Assembly (NCBI GenBank): GCA_902517885.1
Contig: CABYDZ010000001.1
Coordinates: 132,158-196,157, forward strand
DNA length: 64,000 bases
From: an uncultured Pelagibacteraceae bacterium
GTDB lineage: Bacteria > Pseudomonadota > Alphaproteobacteria > Pelagibacterales > AG-422-B15
Reading direction: 5' to 3'
Of this stretch, positions 29,075-40,059 are shown one piece after another (the first letter of the stretch is position 1; each line of letters opens with the position of its first letter). The notes below the pieces were generated by a model. The model saw only the letters and a list, made by a program, of their open reading frames with translations, searched no databases and had not been told where the DNA came from. Made by a program: the position numbers and the translations under genes.

Positions 29075-30049
29075 TTAATTAATCAAATTTCTTATTAGTT
29101 TTTCAATATTCGGTATTTCAAGCTTAATCTTGAAACAATCAATGTTCTTCCTGTAATCTTCAGGAATTCGAACATAGTCCTTTTCTGTCGTGATAAGTGA
29201 TAAATTTTCTCTTTTCGCCTTATCTAATAAGCTTTCTAAATCTTTTCTAGTGAACTGATAATGATCAGGAAAACTTATGTTTTTTATAACTTCGTACCCT
29301 TTGTTTTTAAGGGTATCAAAAAATCCATCATTATTTCCAATACCACTAAAGGCTAAATAATTTTTCTTATCAAAAACATCTACAGCTTTAACGTTAGCAT
29401 TGTAGAATTCTAAGTTATCATAGTCATATTTTTTTGTAATATGATGAAGGTCATCTCCAATAATGACTACAAATTCCGAAGATTTTAGAGCAGGTCTTAT
29501 AAGCTCCCTCAGTGGTCCTGCAGGTAAGCACAATTTATTTCCGAAACCTCTCTTACCATTAACTGTTAGTATGGTTTTATCTTTATGGAATGATCGATCT
29601 TGAAATCCATCATCCAACAATATGATGTCTGTTTGCTTTTCATTTATTATTTTCTCAATTGCAAATGCTCTATTTGTGGTGATGTAAGTTGGGACGCAAT
29701 TTGCATATAGTAGGGCTTCATCTCCAACCTTGTTAAACGGGTCTGATTTTGAAACCTTATAGAATATAGATTTATTTGTAGATCCATAGCCTCTCAACAA
29801 TACTGAAACTTTCTTGCCTTTCTTTTTTATTTCTTCAATTAATGTTAGCAATGTTGAGGTTTTACCTGTACCCCCAATATTTATATTGCCAATGCATATG
29901 ATGGGGACACTGAACTTCTTATTTTTATAAAATAATCCTCTTATGTAAAAAAGGCATATGTATATGCATGATAATGGAATTAAAAATAGTGAGACAAGAT
30001 TTGCGTAATATACATCTTGATACCATATTTTCAGAAAAAATTTTTCCAT
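29075..30049 (-). CDS. lpxK: tetraacyldisaccharide 4'-kinase
   Basis: 324 aa with the P-loop IGNINIGGTGKTS, then RGYG, and LLDDGFQ. Confidence 0.9.
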   Translation of the reverse strand: MEKFFLKIWYQDVYYANLVSLFLIPLSCIYICLFYIRGLFYKNKKFSVPIICIGNINIGGTGKTSTLLTLIEEIKKKGKKVSVLLRGYGSTNKSIFYKVSKSDPFNKVGDEALLYANCVPTYITTNRAFAIEKIINEKQTDIILLDDGFQDRSFHKDKTILTVNGKRGFGNKLCLPAGPLRELIRPALKSSEFVVIIGDDLHHITKKYDYDNLEFYNANVKAVDVFDKKNYLAFSGIGNNDGFFDTLKNKGYEVIKNISFPDHYQFTRKDLESLLDKAKRENLSLITTEKDYVRIPEDYRKNIDCFKIKLEIPNIEKLIRNLIN

Positions 30050-30055
30050 AATAAA

Positions 30056-31300
30056 TTAGAGGTATTGATATATTTCTTTCAATACTTTTTTTACAGTCTC
30101 TTCACCCTCCTTTTTTAATCTGCTGATATCCACTTTCCTAACTTTATTGCCTAATGATTTATACTCTTCATGAATAAAATGTTCTAGCTGTCTTTCATTA
30201 TTTACAACTTGTGATAATTTCATTTGATCCAAAGTCATATATACATCAGAAAAATTTTCAACGTGTTTGCCATGGTATACTTTTTTTCCATGGTACGCTG
30301 CTTCAATTGGATTTTGCCCACCATGCATCACTAAACTGCCACCAATAAAAATAATATCAGCTAACTTATAAAATAGATTTAGTTCACCAATTGTATCAGC
30401 TAAGTAAATATGAGTATTTCTTTTAACTTTATTCCCCATTGATCTAATTGCAGTATTTTTAATGATATTCTTATTGATGATGTTATTTCTTGTTGGATGC
30501 CTAGGAACAACAATTGTAAGAAGCTCTTTACAAGTTTTTTTTAATTTTAGAGTTACTCTACTAATAATTTCTTCTTCTCCAGGGTGAGTACTGGCTGCAA
30601 GAAATATTTTTCTATCACCAGCCAAAACTTTGAGCTCGTCATACTTTTTAGCATCAGTAAGATCAGGAGTAAGAGCGAACTTTAAATTGCCAGTATAATT
30701 AGTTTTTTTAATTCCAAGTTTTTCATAAAACAAAGTACTATCTGTATTTTGCGTACTGCAAGAACTAAATTTAGAAAACAAATCTTTAGATGATGAATTA
30801 AATAAGGACCATCTTTTAAAACTTTTAATTGTCATTCTTCCGTTAATTATAATTTGAGGTATATTTTTGTTATTTAGGTTATGAATAAAGTTAGGCCAAA
30901 TTTCAGACTCTACAAAAACTGCAAGAGATGGCTTCCAATAATTTAGAAACCTATTTGCAAATACTGGAACATCAAAAGGTATAAATTGATGTACAACTTT
31001 ATCTTTAATTCTTTTATTTATTACTTGTGCCGATGTTACAGTTCCAGATGTTATTAATATTTGATCAATAGATTGATCTTTGTTTAATTTATCTACTATT
31101 GGCAGTATTGATTGACACTCACCAATGCTGGCAGCATGGAACCAGATCAGTTTGCCTTTTTTTCGATCATGTGTATTTTTCCCATACCTCTCGCTAATTC
31201 TATCTGGCAACTCTTTGCCTTTTCTTTTCCGAATAAAGATAACAAAAGGAATAAAGATAAGAGCTAAATTTGAAAATATACGGTAGAGAGAGAATATCAT
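30056..31300 (-). CDS. waaA: 3-deoxy-D-manno-octulosonic acid transferase
   Basis: 414 aa with WFHAASIGE, ESEIWPN, and GGSLV.HGGQNPIEAA. Confidence 0.9.
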   Translation of the reverse strand: MIFSLYRIFSNLALIFIPFVIFIRKRKGKELPDRISERYGKNTHDRKKGKLIWFHAASIGECQSILPIVDKLNKDQSIDQILITSGTVTSAQVINKRIKDKVVHQFIPFDVPVFANRFLNYWKPSLAVFVESEIWPNFIHNLNNKNIPQIIINGRMTIKSFKRWSLFNSSSKDLFSKFSSCSTQNTDSTLFYEKLGIKKTNYTGNLKFALTPDLTDAKKYDELKVLAGDRKIFLAASTHPGEEEIISRVTLKLKKTCKELLTIVVPRHPTRNNIINKNIIKNTAIRSMGNKVKRNTHIYLADTIGELNLFYKLADIIFIGGSLVMHGGQNPIEAAYHGKKVYHGKHVENFSDVYMTLDQMKLSQVVNNERQLEHFIHEEYKSLGNKVRKVDISRLKKEGEETVKKVLKEIYQYL

Positions 31301-31303
31301 TTT

Positions 31304-31984
31304 TTAATTATATCCTTTATTAGCTCTTTTTGTGAGGTCATTCATCAGATTCTCAAGCGTTTCTTTAGTTGACTTAACGTTAGTATTTTTTTTGCCTACT
31401 TTAATTGGCGTACCCCAAATTACAGTTATTTCATTAAACGGCTTTGGAATAATGAATTGATCCCACGTATTTAATTTCCATTTATTTTTAAATCCAATAC
31501 CTACAGGTACAATCACTGCATTGCTAAGCTTTGCAATACTAATAATACCGTCACTTACTTTATGTCTTGGCCCCTTAGGCCCGTCCGGAGAAATGCCAAT
31601 ACAGACATCTCCTTGCAGTGATTTTATCATTTTTCTAGCTGATAAAAGCCCACCTTTATTTTTTGTTTTATTAGATTTATGAGTTGATCCTCGAATTGCG
31701 CTAAAACCTAAATGCGAAATGACTTTAGATATTATATCTCCGTCACGATGCTTTGATATAAGTACTCTTATAGGTTTTTTATTTTGCCATGTAAGAGGAC
31801 ACATTAAAAGCTGGTCGTGCCAAAAAGAGTAAATAAAAGATTCATCTTTTTTAAATAGACCGTTAATATTTTTTCGATCTTTAAATTTAATTTTTGATGA
31901 CTTATGCACAAATAAAATATAAAGAGATCCTAAATAAGATATTATATTTTGTGCAACCACTTTACTTGCAAGATATTTTATCAT
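31304..31984 (-). CDS. DUF374-domain (lysophospholipid acyltransferase-like) protein
   Basis: Motifs: FWHDQLLM, ISKHRDGD, RGS...GG, ISPDGPKGPR. The ORF track extends to 32062, which would overlap msbA by 74 nt. The ATG at 31984 (MIKYLASK...) removes that overlap, so I chose it. Confidence 0.7.
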   Translation of the reverse strand: MIKYLASKVVAQNIISYLGSLYILFVHKSSKIKFKDRKNINGLFKKDESFIYSFWHDQLLMCPLTWQNKKPIRVLISKHRDGDIISKVISHLGFSAIRGSTHKSNKTKNKGGLLSARKMIKSLQGDVCIGISPDGPKGPRHKVSDGIISIAKLSNAVIVPVGIGFKNKWKLNTWDQFIIPKPFNEITVIWGTPIKVGKKNTNVKSTKETLENLMNDLTKRANKGYN

Positions 31985-31988
31985 TAAA

Positions 31989-33719
31989 TTAAAATTCGCG
32001 TTCGTATAATTTCTTATAGACGCCATTCTTTGATAGTAACTCTTCATGAGTGCCACTTTCAACTATCTTTCCATCATCTAGAACTATAATTTGATCAGCA
32101 TTTATTATAGTACTTAGCCTATGGGCTATTACCAAAGTTGTCCTATCTTTCATTAGTTTCTTTATTGCTTCCTGAACAAGACTTTCTGATTCTGTATCTA
32201 AACTCGAAGTTGCCTCATCCAATAATAGTATTGGTGCATTTTTTAAAAAAGCTCTTGCAATTGAAACTCTTTGTTTTTGGCCGCCTGAGAGACTGTACCC
32301 GTTCTCTCCAATTACCGTATCGTATCCATTTGGCAGTTCAGAAATAAATGAGTCAGCAGCAGCAGATTTTGCAGCATTAATAATTTCTTCTTCAGAAGAG
32401 TTAGGTCGGCTGTAGAGAATATTTTCTTTAATGGACATATCAAATAGAATTGGTTCTTGACTGACTAAAGCAATCACTGACCTGACTGAGGAAATTGTTA
32501 GATCTTTTATATTTTGTCCATCAATTTTTAGTTCACCTGAGTCGGGATCATAGAATCTTGGTATAAGATTTAAAATTGATGATTTACCTGATCCACTTGG
32601 TCCTACCAAAGCAGTAGTTTTTCCGTGAGGAATATTAAGACTAACTTTCTTTAGTGCTGAATTGGTCTGACCCTCATAAGAGAGAGTAACATCTTGCAAA
32701 TCAATATTAGATTTGCTTAATGACAGGTCTCTCGCTTCTTTTTTTTCGTTAATTAAACTTTGTTGATCTAACAGGCCAAATACCCTTATAGCTGCAGCAA
32801 AACCTTCTTGAAGAGTTGTATTTATTGAGGCGAGCCTTCTAAGGGGTTGAAATGCCAACATCATTGCTCCAAGAAATGATACAAATTCGTTTAGAGGCAG
32901 TTCACCTTGAAGGCCTCTTAGACCTGCATAGTATAATGTTCCTGCAATGCCAATCCCTGCTAGAAATTCAGCAAATGGTGAAGCAGCTCCACGCGCATTT
33001 GCCCCTTTGAGAATTTTTTGAACTCTTCTCCAGACTGAGCCACTAAGCTTTTCAATCTCCTTTTCTTCTTGTTGATACGCTTTTACAATTCTAGTTCCGT
33101 CAAGATTTTCAGAGAGTATTGAGGCAAGAATTCCAGTTTCCTCTTGTGTTTCTGTTGAAGCTTTTTTTACTCTTTTACCCAATCTTCTACTTAATGCACC
33201 AACTAAAGGGAATGCAATGATAGCGATTGTTGCTAACTGCCAGTCTTGGTAATACATAACACCAAGAAGGCAAATGAGTGTTAATAGATCCTTAACACCA
33301 TTTACTAAACTACCGCTGACAGAGACTTGTAATAGAGTAACATCATATAGAAAATTAGAAATTATTTTTGCTGAATGAATCTTATGAAGCCAGGCTAAGT
33401 CTGCATTAATTATCTTTTTGAATAATTTTATTTGAGTATCTGCAATAACATTTTGAGCTACGCCATTTAAAATTACAACCTGAATATATGTTGCAATACT
33501 TTTTGTAAGTAATGTTAAAATTATTGCAATTGGTATTAACAATAGCATTGAGTCATCTTTATCTAAAAAAATTTTATCAATTGCAGGGTCAAGCAACCAA
33601 GCAGTTGCACCAGTTGTAAGGGCTATAATTATCATAAAGATTAATGAAATTGCTAATCTTGAGGCATAAGGTTTTATGCTATCTCTAAATAATCTTGCTA
33701 ATATCTGCATTCCAGTCAT
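31989..33719 (-). CDS. msbA: lipid A export ABC transporter, fused permease/ATPase
   Basis: 576 aa with six N-terminal TM segments, Walker A GPSGSGKSS, the signature LSGGQKQR, and Walker B LLLDEATS. It lies in the lipid A gene cluster. Confidence 0.88.
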   Translation of the reverse strand: MTGMQILARLFRDSIKPYASRLAISLIFMIIIALTTGATAWLLDPAIDKIFLDKDDSMLLLIPIAIILTLLTKSIATYIQVVILNGVAQNVIADTQIKLFKKIINADLAWLHKIHSAKIISNFLYDVTLLQVSVSGSLVNGVKDLLTLICLLGVMYYQDWQLATIAIIAFPLVGALSRRLGKRVKKASTETQEETGILASILSENLDGTRIVKAYQQEEKEIEKLSGSVWRRVQKILKGANARGAASPFAEFLAGIGIAGTLYYAGLRGLQGELPLNEFVSFLGAMMLAFQPLRRLASINTTLQEGFAAAIRVFGLLDQQSLINEKKEARDLSLSKSNIDLQDVTLSYEGQTNSALKKVSLNIPHGKTTALVGPSGSGKSSILNLIPRFYDPDSGELKIDGQNIKDLTISSVRSVIALVSQEPILFDMSIKENILYSRPNSSEEEIINAAKSAAADSFISELPNGYDTVIGENGYSLSGGQKQRVSIARAFLKNAPILLLDEATSSLDTESESLVQEAIKKLMKDRTTLVIAHRLSTIINADQIIVLDDGKIVESGTHEELLSKNGVYKKLYEREF

Positions 33720-33784
33720 GAGAGGGTATTCATAATACTATTACAGAAAATTTAAATCTAAATATTAGTTTATGGCTAAAAAGC

Positions 33785-35116
33785 TTATTTTCCTGCCAGT
33801 GTCATGTTTTCGATAAGAACTGTAGGAGCATTGGTTCGATAATTGAACTCAAGATCGTTAGCTGCGGATAAATTTAAAAACATTTCTGTTAGATTTGAAG
33901 CTATAGTCACTTCACTTACAGCATGAGTAATTTCGCCATTTTCAATCAGCATACCACTAGCACCCATGCTATAATCGCCTGTAACTAAGTTAACACCCAT
34001 TCCAATTAGTTCATTTGCATAAAAACCATATTTAATAGATTTTATCATGTCATCATAAGACATTATTCCATTAGTCATAAAAAAATTTGATGTTGATACG
34101 CCTGGAGGTGCTCCAACAGACCGTGATGCGTTTCCTGTTGTTTTAAAGTTCAGCTTTTTTGCCGTTGAGGTATTTAAAATCCAAGTATTGAGTTTTCCAT
34201 TGGATACAATTTCTTTTTTACTGACTTGAATTCCTTCTCCATCAAATGGTTTAGAGCCCAATCCTCTATTAATTCCCGGATCGTCGATTATAGTTACATC
34301 TTTTTTGAATATTTGTTTTCCTAGACTATCCTTAAGAAAACTTGTTCCTCTTGCAATAGATGGACCTGATATTGCTCCAGCAAGATATCCAATTAAGCCA
34401 TTACTAATTCTTTTATCAAATACTACTGGAAGTTTTGATGATTTTATTTTTTTTGGATTTAATCGTTTTAATGTTTTGTTTGCTGCTGATGTTCCAATTT
34501 CTTTAGCTGATCGCAAATCAGAAAAATGTCTAGATACAGAGTAATCATAATCTCTTTCCATACTTTGTCCTTCACCAGCTAGAACAGAACAAGATATAGA
34601 ATTTGTTGACGATTTGTATCCTCCCTGGAATCCATTACTAGTCGCTAGGTAGAATTCGCCCTGTGAATAAGACGCTCCAGCCCCTTCTGAATTACTTATC
34701 CCAGGCACTGAAAGAGCTGCTTCTTCACACTCCTTCACAGAGTCTATTAGAACTTCAGTGTTAGTCTCTTCACTTTGATGTAATTCTAAATTACCTATTT
34801 CGTTTTCAAATAATGAACTGTCGCCCAAGACAGCCGTGTCGTCAACGGGCGCTAATTTTGCCATGGATACACACTTGTTTACAAGTGATTCTATATTATC
34901 ATCGTCTACTTCAGATGAAGAAACAAAAGCTTGCTTCTGATCAACCAGTGCTCTTATTCCAATAGTGTTATCATTTGACTCTTCAAGATCTTCTATATTC
35001 TGTTTTCTACAGCTGATTGATTTACCACTTGCCTTTGCAAGCACAACATCGCACTCAGTAGCTCCACTTTTGAGAGTCTTTTCAATAATTTTTTGAGCTG
35101 TAATTTCAAAATTCAT
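33785..35116 (-). CDS. pmbA: TldD/PmbA-family metalloprotease, PmbA (TldE)-like
   Basis: 443 aa with a C-terminal GDYS.GASG....NGE motif. I see no HExxxH, which favours PmbA over TldD. Confidence 0.78.
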   Translation of the reverse strand: MNFEITAQKIIEKTLKSGATECDVVLAKASGKSISCRKQNIEDLEESNDNTIGIRALVDQKQAFVSSSEVDDDNIESLVNKCVSMAKLAPVDDTAVLGDSSLFENEIGNLELHQSEETNTEVLIDSVKECEEAALSVPGISNSEGAGASYSQGEFYLATSNGFQGGYKSSTNSISCSVLAGEGQSMERDYDYSVSRHFSDLRSAKEIGTSAANKTLKRLNPKKIKSSKLPVVFDKRISNGLIGYLAGAISGPSIARGTSFLKDSLGKQIFKKDVTIIDDPGINRGLGSKPFDGEGIQVSKKEIVSNGKLNTWILNTSTAKKLNFKTTGNASRSVGAPPGVSTSNFFMTNGIMSYDDMIKSIKYGFYANELIGMGVNLVTGDYSMGASGMLIENGEITHAVSEVTIASNLTEMFLNLSAANDLEFNYRTNAPTVLIENMTLAGK

Positions 35117-35119
35117 ATA

Positions 35120-35986
35120 TCAAATCAGTGTTAGTAGTAAAGAGAACATAATTAATGCGCCAGTATACCGATTACTTTTGAAAATTTCTAGACACACTTC
35201 ACTATTATAAATATCTAGTTTGAATAATTGAAATAACAAATGAAATCCTACGAGAACAAGAGAAGTAAAATATAAATATTTAAAATCAGATAATTGACCA
35301 AAGATTAATAGGCAGATAATCATTAACAAATAAAAAGAAGAAATCCATAATTTTGAATTATCTCCAAACAAAATAGCTGTTGATTTTACTCCAATTCTTA
35401 AGTCATCCTCTCGGTCCTGATGAGCATATATTGTATCGTAACCTAAAGTCCAAAAAATTCCTGCAAGATATAAGAAGAATATAGATAAAGAAATATTCCC
35501 ATTAATGGATACATATCCAATAATAACACCAATATTAAAAGTTAGACCAAGAAATAGCTGTGGCCAATATGTAATCCTTTTCATAAGAGGGTATAATATA
35601 AAAAGAAAAAATGAGATAAATCCAACAATAATTGCCGTCTTGTTTAATGAAAGCAATATTGCAAGTCCGACTAGGCACAAAAGACAAAATATTGTAATTG
35701 CTTCAATTGTGCTGATGGCTCCACTTGCTAAGGGTCTTTTTGATGTTCTGCTTACATGCTTATCAAGATCTTTATCGAATAAATCATTTATAACACAACC
35801 TGCAGATCTCATCACGACCGAGCCAATGGCGAATAAGACAATGGTGAGAAGATTGTTATGTATATCTTTAAACGAGCTAAAAGCTGCAAATATTCCCCAA
35901 AAACATGGTAACATTAGTAACATAAATCCATTGGGCTGATGGAGTCTTAATAAATGAATATACTTCTGCAACTTGTATTTCCTCAA
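35120..35986 (-). CDS. ubiA: 4-hydroxybenzoate polyprenyltransferase
   Basis: 288 aa, polytopic membrane protein with NDLFDKDLD (NDxxDxxxD) and YAHQDREDD. Confidence 0.9.
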   Translation of the reverse strand: MRKYKLQKYIHLLRLHQPNGFMLLMLPCFWGIFAAFSSFKDIHNNLLTIVLFAIGSVVMRSAGCVINDLFDKDLDKHVSRTSKRPLASGAISTIEAITIFCLLCLVGLAILLSLNKTAIIVGFISFFLFILYPLMKRITYWPQLFLGLTFNIGVIIGYVSINGNISLSIFFLYLAGIFWTLGYDTIYAHQDREDDLRIGVKSTAILFGDNSKLWISSFYLLMIICLLIFGQLSDFKYLYFTSLVLVGFHLLFQLFKLDIYNSEVCLEIFKSNRYTGALIMFSLLLTLI

Positions 35987-36015
35987 AACTAATATTATGA
36001 ATTTAATATATATAA

Positions 36016-36735
36016 ATGACTAAGATAAAAAATAGAATTTTTATAACTTCAGCCTTAAAGTCAGGAGAGACTGTTTCATTAGAAGATGATAAATCTCATT
36101 ATGTAAACAATGTTATTAGGTGTAAAATTGGAGACCATATTTCAATTTTTAATGACAAATTTGAATGTATAGCTGAAGTTGTGAGCAATTCAAAAAAAAT
36201 ATGTAAGCTGAAATTAAAGGAATGTAAAGAAAATGAGATCGATAGACACAATATAACTCTATTTTTCTCACCTATAAAGAAATCTCCTATGGAGTTTATG
36301 GTGCAGAAATGCACAGAGATTGGAATAACTTCTTTCCAGCCAGTATTAATGGAGAGAACAAATAATAAAAAGATTAATCTTGAGAGATTAAGGCTAATCT
36401 CTATTGAGGCATGCGAGCAGTCTAGTAGAGTAAATTTGCCTTTATTTAATTATTTAATCTCTTTTAGTGAAATGATTAAAACAATGAGTTATGATAAACT
36501 TATTTTCTGCTCACTTGAAAAAGATACTAGCGCAATTAATAAAATAAATTTATCACTTAATGAAAGTATAGGAATTGTAATTGGTCCAGAAGGTGATTTT
36601 TCTCCAAACGAAATGACAGATTTAGGAAGCATAAAGAATTCTGTGCCAGCAACCCTTGGTAGTAATATTCTTAAATCTGAAACAGCTGGAGTTGTTGCTT
36701 CCTCGCTAGTAATGAACAGCATATATAATGATTAA
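36016..36735 (+). CDS. rsmE: 16S rRNA (uracil1498-N3)-methyltransferase
   Basis: 239 aa with HY..NV.R...GD, KCTE.G, and IGPEGDFSPNE. Confidence 0.86.
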   Translation: MTKIKNRIFITSALKSGETVSLEDDKSHYVNNVIRCKIGDHISIFNDKFECIAEVVSNSKKICKLKLKECKENEIDRHNITLFFSPIKKSPMEFMVQKCTEIGITSFQPVLMERTNNKKINLERLRLISIEACEQSSRVNLPLFNYLISFSEMIKTMSYDKLIFCSLEKDTSAINKINLSLNESIGIVIGPEGDFSPNEMTDLGSIKNSVPATLGSNILKSETAGVVASSLVMNSIYND

Positions 36736-38062
36736 TAAACAAGATTTAATAAATTACTTCAGTGAAGGAATAAAAAAAGATAACACTCTCAGGATAGGTA
36801 CTGAGCATGAGAAATTTATTTTTAAGCAAAATGATTTATCCTTGATCCCCTATGATGGCGATGTGAGTATACAAGCTATCTTTCAAGATTTTGTGAAAGA
36901 AGGCTGGAAAGAAGTTAAAGAAGGTAACAATACAATTGCTCTCACAAAGAATAATGCAAGTATAACTCTTGAACCTGGAGGTCAATTTGAGTTGTCCGGT
37001 GCTCCACTTAAATCAGTTCATGAAACATGTAGTGAAATCAACAGTCATCTGGATTTAACTAAAAAATTAGAAAAAAAATATAATATTGGATTTTTAGGAA
37101 TTGGCTTCTTACCAATAGGTACTCTTGAAGAAATACCAATGGTTCCCAAAAAAAGATATGCAGAAATCATGACTCCCTATATGCGGTCACTCGGTGGATT
37201 GGGTTTAGAGATGATGTATCAATCTGCAACAGTGCAAGCTAATTTTGATTTTACTTCAGAAGAAGATATGGGAAAAAAAATTAATGTTTCATCTGTACTT
37301 CAACCATTAGTGACAGGTTTATTTGCTAACTCACCATTTAAAAATAACCAACCATCAGGTTTTGAAAGTTATAGAGGACATGTTTGGACAAGAACAGATG
37401 CAGATAGGACGGGCATACCTAAATTTCTTACTGAGCCAAACATGAGCTTTGAAAAGTATGTAGACTTTGCTTTGGATATTCCTGTTTATGCCCTTATAAG
37501 AGATGGTAATTATATAAAATGCACAGATTATTCATTCGTAGACTTAATTGAGGGTAAGCATAACGAGTTTTCCAAAGATCAAATTACAATTAAAGATTGG
37601 GCTGATCATATTTCTACCATATTCACTGAGGTAAGATTAAAAACATTTATTGAAATGAGAGGAGCTGATGCTGGTGGATATAAGACATTATGTGCATTAC
37701 CTGCTCTCTGGACAGGCATTCTATATGATGAGACCGCTCTTGAAGAATCTTTGAGTATAACAAGCCAGTTCAAGTACAATGATTTAATGAATTTTAGAAA
37801 TGATATTTTAAAGCATGGACTTAACTCAACTATTAATAATATTGAAGGATGGGAGTTAGCAGAACGAATAGTAAAAATTTCCTCAGAGGGCTTAAATAGA
37901 CGCGGAAAATTAAATTTATATGGTGATAGTGAAGCAGTTCATCTAGATTTTTTGAAAGATATTATTAAAAACAAAGAATCTAATTCGAAGCGTATGATTA
38001 AAAACTACCTCGCACAAGATACCCTTAATCAAAAAGAGCTTTTTCAAAAGGAATCTTTCTAG
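36728..38062 (+). CDS. gshA: glutamate--cysteine ligase, plant/alphaproteobacterial type
   Basis: 444 aa with GTEHEKF, LEPGGQFELSGAP, and VRLKTFIEMRGADAG. The rsmE-gshA synteny also fits. Confidence 0.87.
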   Translation: MINKQDLINYFSEGIKKDNTLRIGTEHEKFIFKQNDLSLIPYDGDVSIQAIFQDFVKEGWKEVKEGNNTIALTKNNASITLEPGGQFELSGAPLKSVHETCSEINSHLDLTKKLEKKYNIGFLGIGFLPIGTLEEIPMVPKKRYAEIMTPYMRSLGGLGLEMMYQSATVQANFDFTSEEDMGKKINVSSVLQPLVTGLFANSPFKNNQPSGFESYRGHVWTRTDADRTGIPKFLTEPNMSFEKYVDFALDIPVYALIRDGNYIKCTDYSFVDLIEGKHNEFSKDQITIKDWADHISTIFTEVRLKTFIEMRGADAGGYKTLCALPALWTGILYDETALEESLSITSQFKYNDLMNFRNDILKHGLNSTINNIEGWELAERIVKISSEGLNRRGKLNLYGDSEAVHLDFLKDIIKNKESNSKRMIKNYLAQDTLNQKELFQKESF

Positions 38063-39147
38063 GTTGATCCCTTTTCTATATATATAGATTGTGAAGGGAA
38101 GGCAAAGCCAGCATCATTCTTTTCAACAATACCTTTGATCTCGAATGCTAAGTTTTCTTTTATCTCTAACCATTCTCCCCAATTTGTAGTGGTAGCAAAA
38201 CAATAAACTAATAAATCAATAGAGCTGTCAGAGAACTTTTCTATCCTTACAAATAATGGTTGTTCAGTTGATTTAACAAAGCTTCCATTATCTGTTAAAT
38301 ATTCTTCAATCTCGTCTCTTATTTTCCTTAGCTGATCATGTGTTGTTCGATATTCTAGACCAATGGTCCAATAAATTCGTCGACTTTTCATATTACTAAA
38401 GTTTGTTACGGCATTTTCGGCAAAATTAAAGTTCGGGACCATTACTGGCGAGGAATCAAATCTTCTTACAAGGGTTGAGCGAAACCCAATCTTCTCTACA
38501 GTACCTTCGACTATATTTTCAACTTTTATCCAATCACCATTTTGAAATCTTTTTTCAAGAAGTATCAGTATACCTGAAATTAAGTTTTTAAATAAATCTT
38601 GAGCGCCCAGAGCAACAGCAACACTTAATAAACCAAGACCAGCTAATATGGGCCCAACCTTAATACCCCATATTTCAAGTACTGCCGCACCTCCAATGAT
38701 AAAGATAAAGAATTTAAGTATCCTCACACCCCAATCAATTAAATCATACGTTAACAGTTCACCAAATTTATGAATAAAAAAAGAAAAGGGATCAATTACT
38801 TTATAAAGAAACCAGAATATTTGAATTGTTATGAGGGATGTATTTAAATTTGCGGCAATGATTTCAAGTGAACTATTTAAGTTTAAATATTGAGTGCTGA
38901 TATATACCCCTATTACGATTGGAAAAAATCTCAACGGACCATCAAAAGCTTCTAAAACCTCATCATCTATTTGAGTTGAAGATTTTTTTACAATTGCTTT
39001 CAATCTTCCAACAACAATTTTTGAAAATAAAGATCTAAATAAGACAAAAAGTATTAGAATAAGAATACCGATTAATACATTATTGAAATCTATTCCAAAC
39101 ACTCCCTGTGACCAGACTGATGAAACTAAGTCTAAAAAATTATCCAT
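38059..39147 (-). CDS. mechanosensitive ion channel (MscS) family protein
   Basis: 362 aa with TM helices followed by GAQDLFKNLISGILILLEKRFQNGDWI. Confidence 0.86.
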   Translation of the reverse strand: MDNFLDLVSSVWSQGVFGIDFNNVLIGILILILFVLFRSLFSKIVVGRLKAIVKKSSTQIDDEVLEAFDGPLRFFPIVIGVYISTQYLNLNSSLEIIAANLNTSLITIQIFWFLYKVIDPFSFFIHKFGELLTYDLIDWGVRILKFFIFIIGGAAVLEIWGIKVGPILAGLGLLSVAVALGAQDLFKNLISGILILLEKRFQNGDWIKVENIVEGTVEKIGFRSTLVRRFDSSPVMVPNFNFAENAVTNFSNMKSRRIYWTIGLEYRTTHDQLRKIRDEIEEYLTDNGSFVKSTEQPLFVRIEKFSDSSIDLLVYCFATTTNWGEWLEIKENLAFEIKGIVEKNDAGFAFPSQSIYIEKGST

Positions 39148-39194
39148 GATAATATTTTAACTGATTTGGTATTCAGATAATAGATATAGTTAAT

Positions 39195-40055
39195 TTACAG
39201 AAAATTATTGATTTCTCTAGATACTTCAGTGATTTTTTCTAAAGGAAGCATGTGACTTGTGTCCTCAATAAAGCATATTTCTGTTTGTGGATTATATTTC
39301 TTTATTCTCTTCTGGCTCAGTTTATTGCAGACCACACTATTTGGAGTGAGGATTATTTTTAGAGGTATGTCTATTTTCTTAAGATCAAACCAAACTTCAT
39401 GTGATGTCAACTTAAAGCAAGCTGATTCCCAGCTCGGTTCGCATTTAAGTTTGAGCTCATTGTTTTGGTCAGTATAAGTACAATATTCAACATAATCTCT
39501 GATAATTTGTGTATCAATATATCTAAATAAATTTTTTTTTGAGAAATATTGAAATGCATCTTCTTTACTTGCCCACCCATTTCTTCTTATAGATGCGTTT
39601 TTTGCCAGTGGATTTACCAAATGAGAAAGGCCAGTAAATTGTAAAAATTTATAGGTTAAAATGTATCTCAATGGCAACATTACTGGATCAACAAGTATTA
39701 ACTTACTAACGAGATCAGGGTTAGATAGAGCTACAAGCAAACTTGCAGTTCCTCCCATCGAATGGCCTGAAAGCACAACAGGTTTATTTTCCAATTTGAT
39801 AAGCTCTATTAAGTCGTTTTTAAAAGTGTACCAAGATTTTAATTTACTTGGATCAGCTTTTAGAGTGGAATTGCCATGACCTCGCATATCATAAGTTATT
39901 ACTTCGTGAGTATCGCTAATTTTTGATAATAGCTTATTGTAGACTTTACCACTAAATCCATTTGCATGAGAAAAGTAAAATTTTTTAGCATCAGGATTTT
40001 CTCTTCGATAAGTAATTATTTTTCCAGATTCAACTTCAAATTCTTTTTCTATCAT
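39195..40055 (-). CDS. alpha/beta-fold hydrolase
   Basis: 286 aa with the nucleophile elbow GHSMGG and a C-terminal H in DTSHMLPLE. Confidence 0.78.
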   Translation of the reverse strand: MIEKEFEVESGKIITYRRENPDAKKFYFSHANGFSGKVYNKLLSKISDTHEVITYDMRGHGNSTLKADPSKLKSWYTFKNDLIELIKLENKPVVLSGHSMGGTASLLVALSNPDLVSKLILVDPVMLPLRYILTYKFLQFTGLSHLVNPLAKNASIRRNGWASKEDAFQYFSKKNLFRYIDTQIIRDYVEYCTYTDQNNELKLKCEPSWESACFKLTSHEVWFDLKKIDIPLKIILTPNSVVCNKLSQKRIKKYNPQTEICFIEDTSHMLPLEKITEVSREINNFL

Positions 40056-40059
40056 TTAT

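Noticed and set aside
31985-32062. Longer start for the DUF374 gene (ORF track gives 31304-32062)
   Set aside because: It would overlap the msbA 3' end by 74 nt. The ATG at 31984 gives a 4-nt spacer and a length typical of the family. Confidence in this choice is only moderate.
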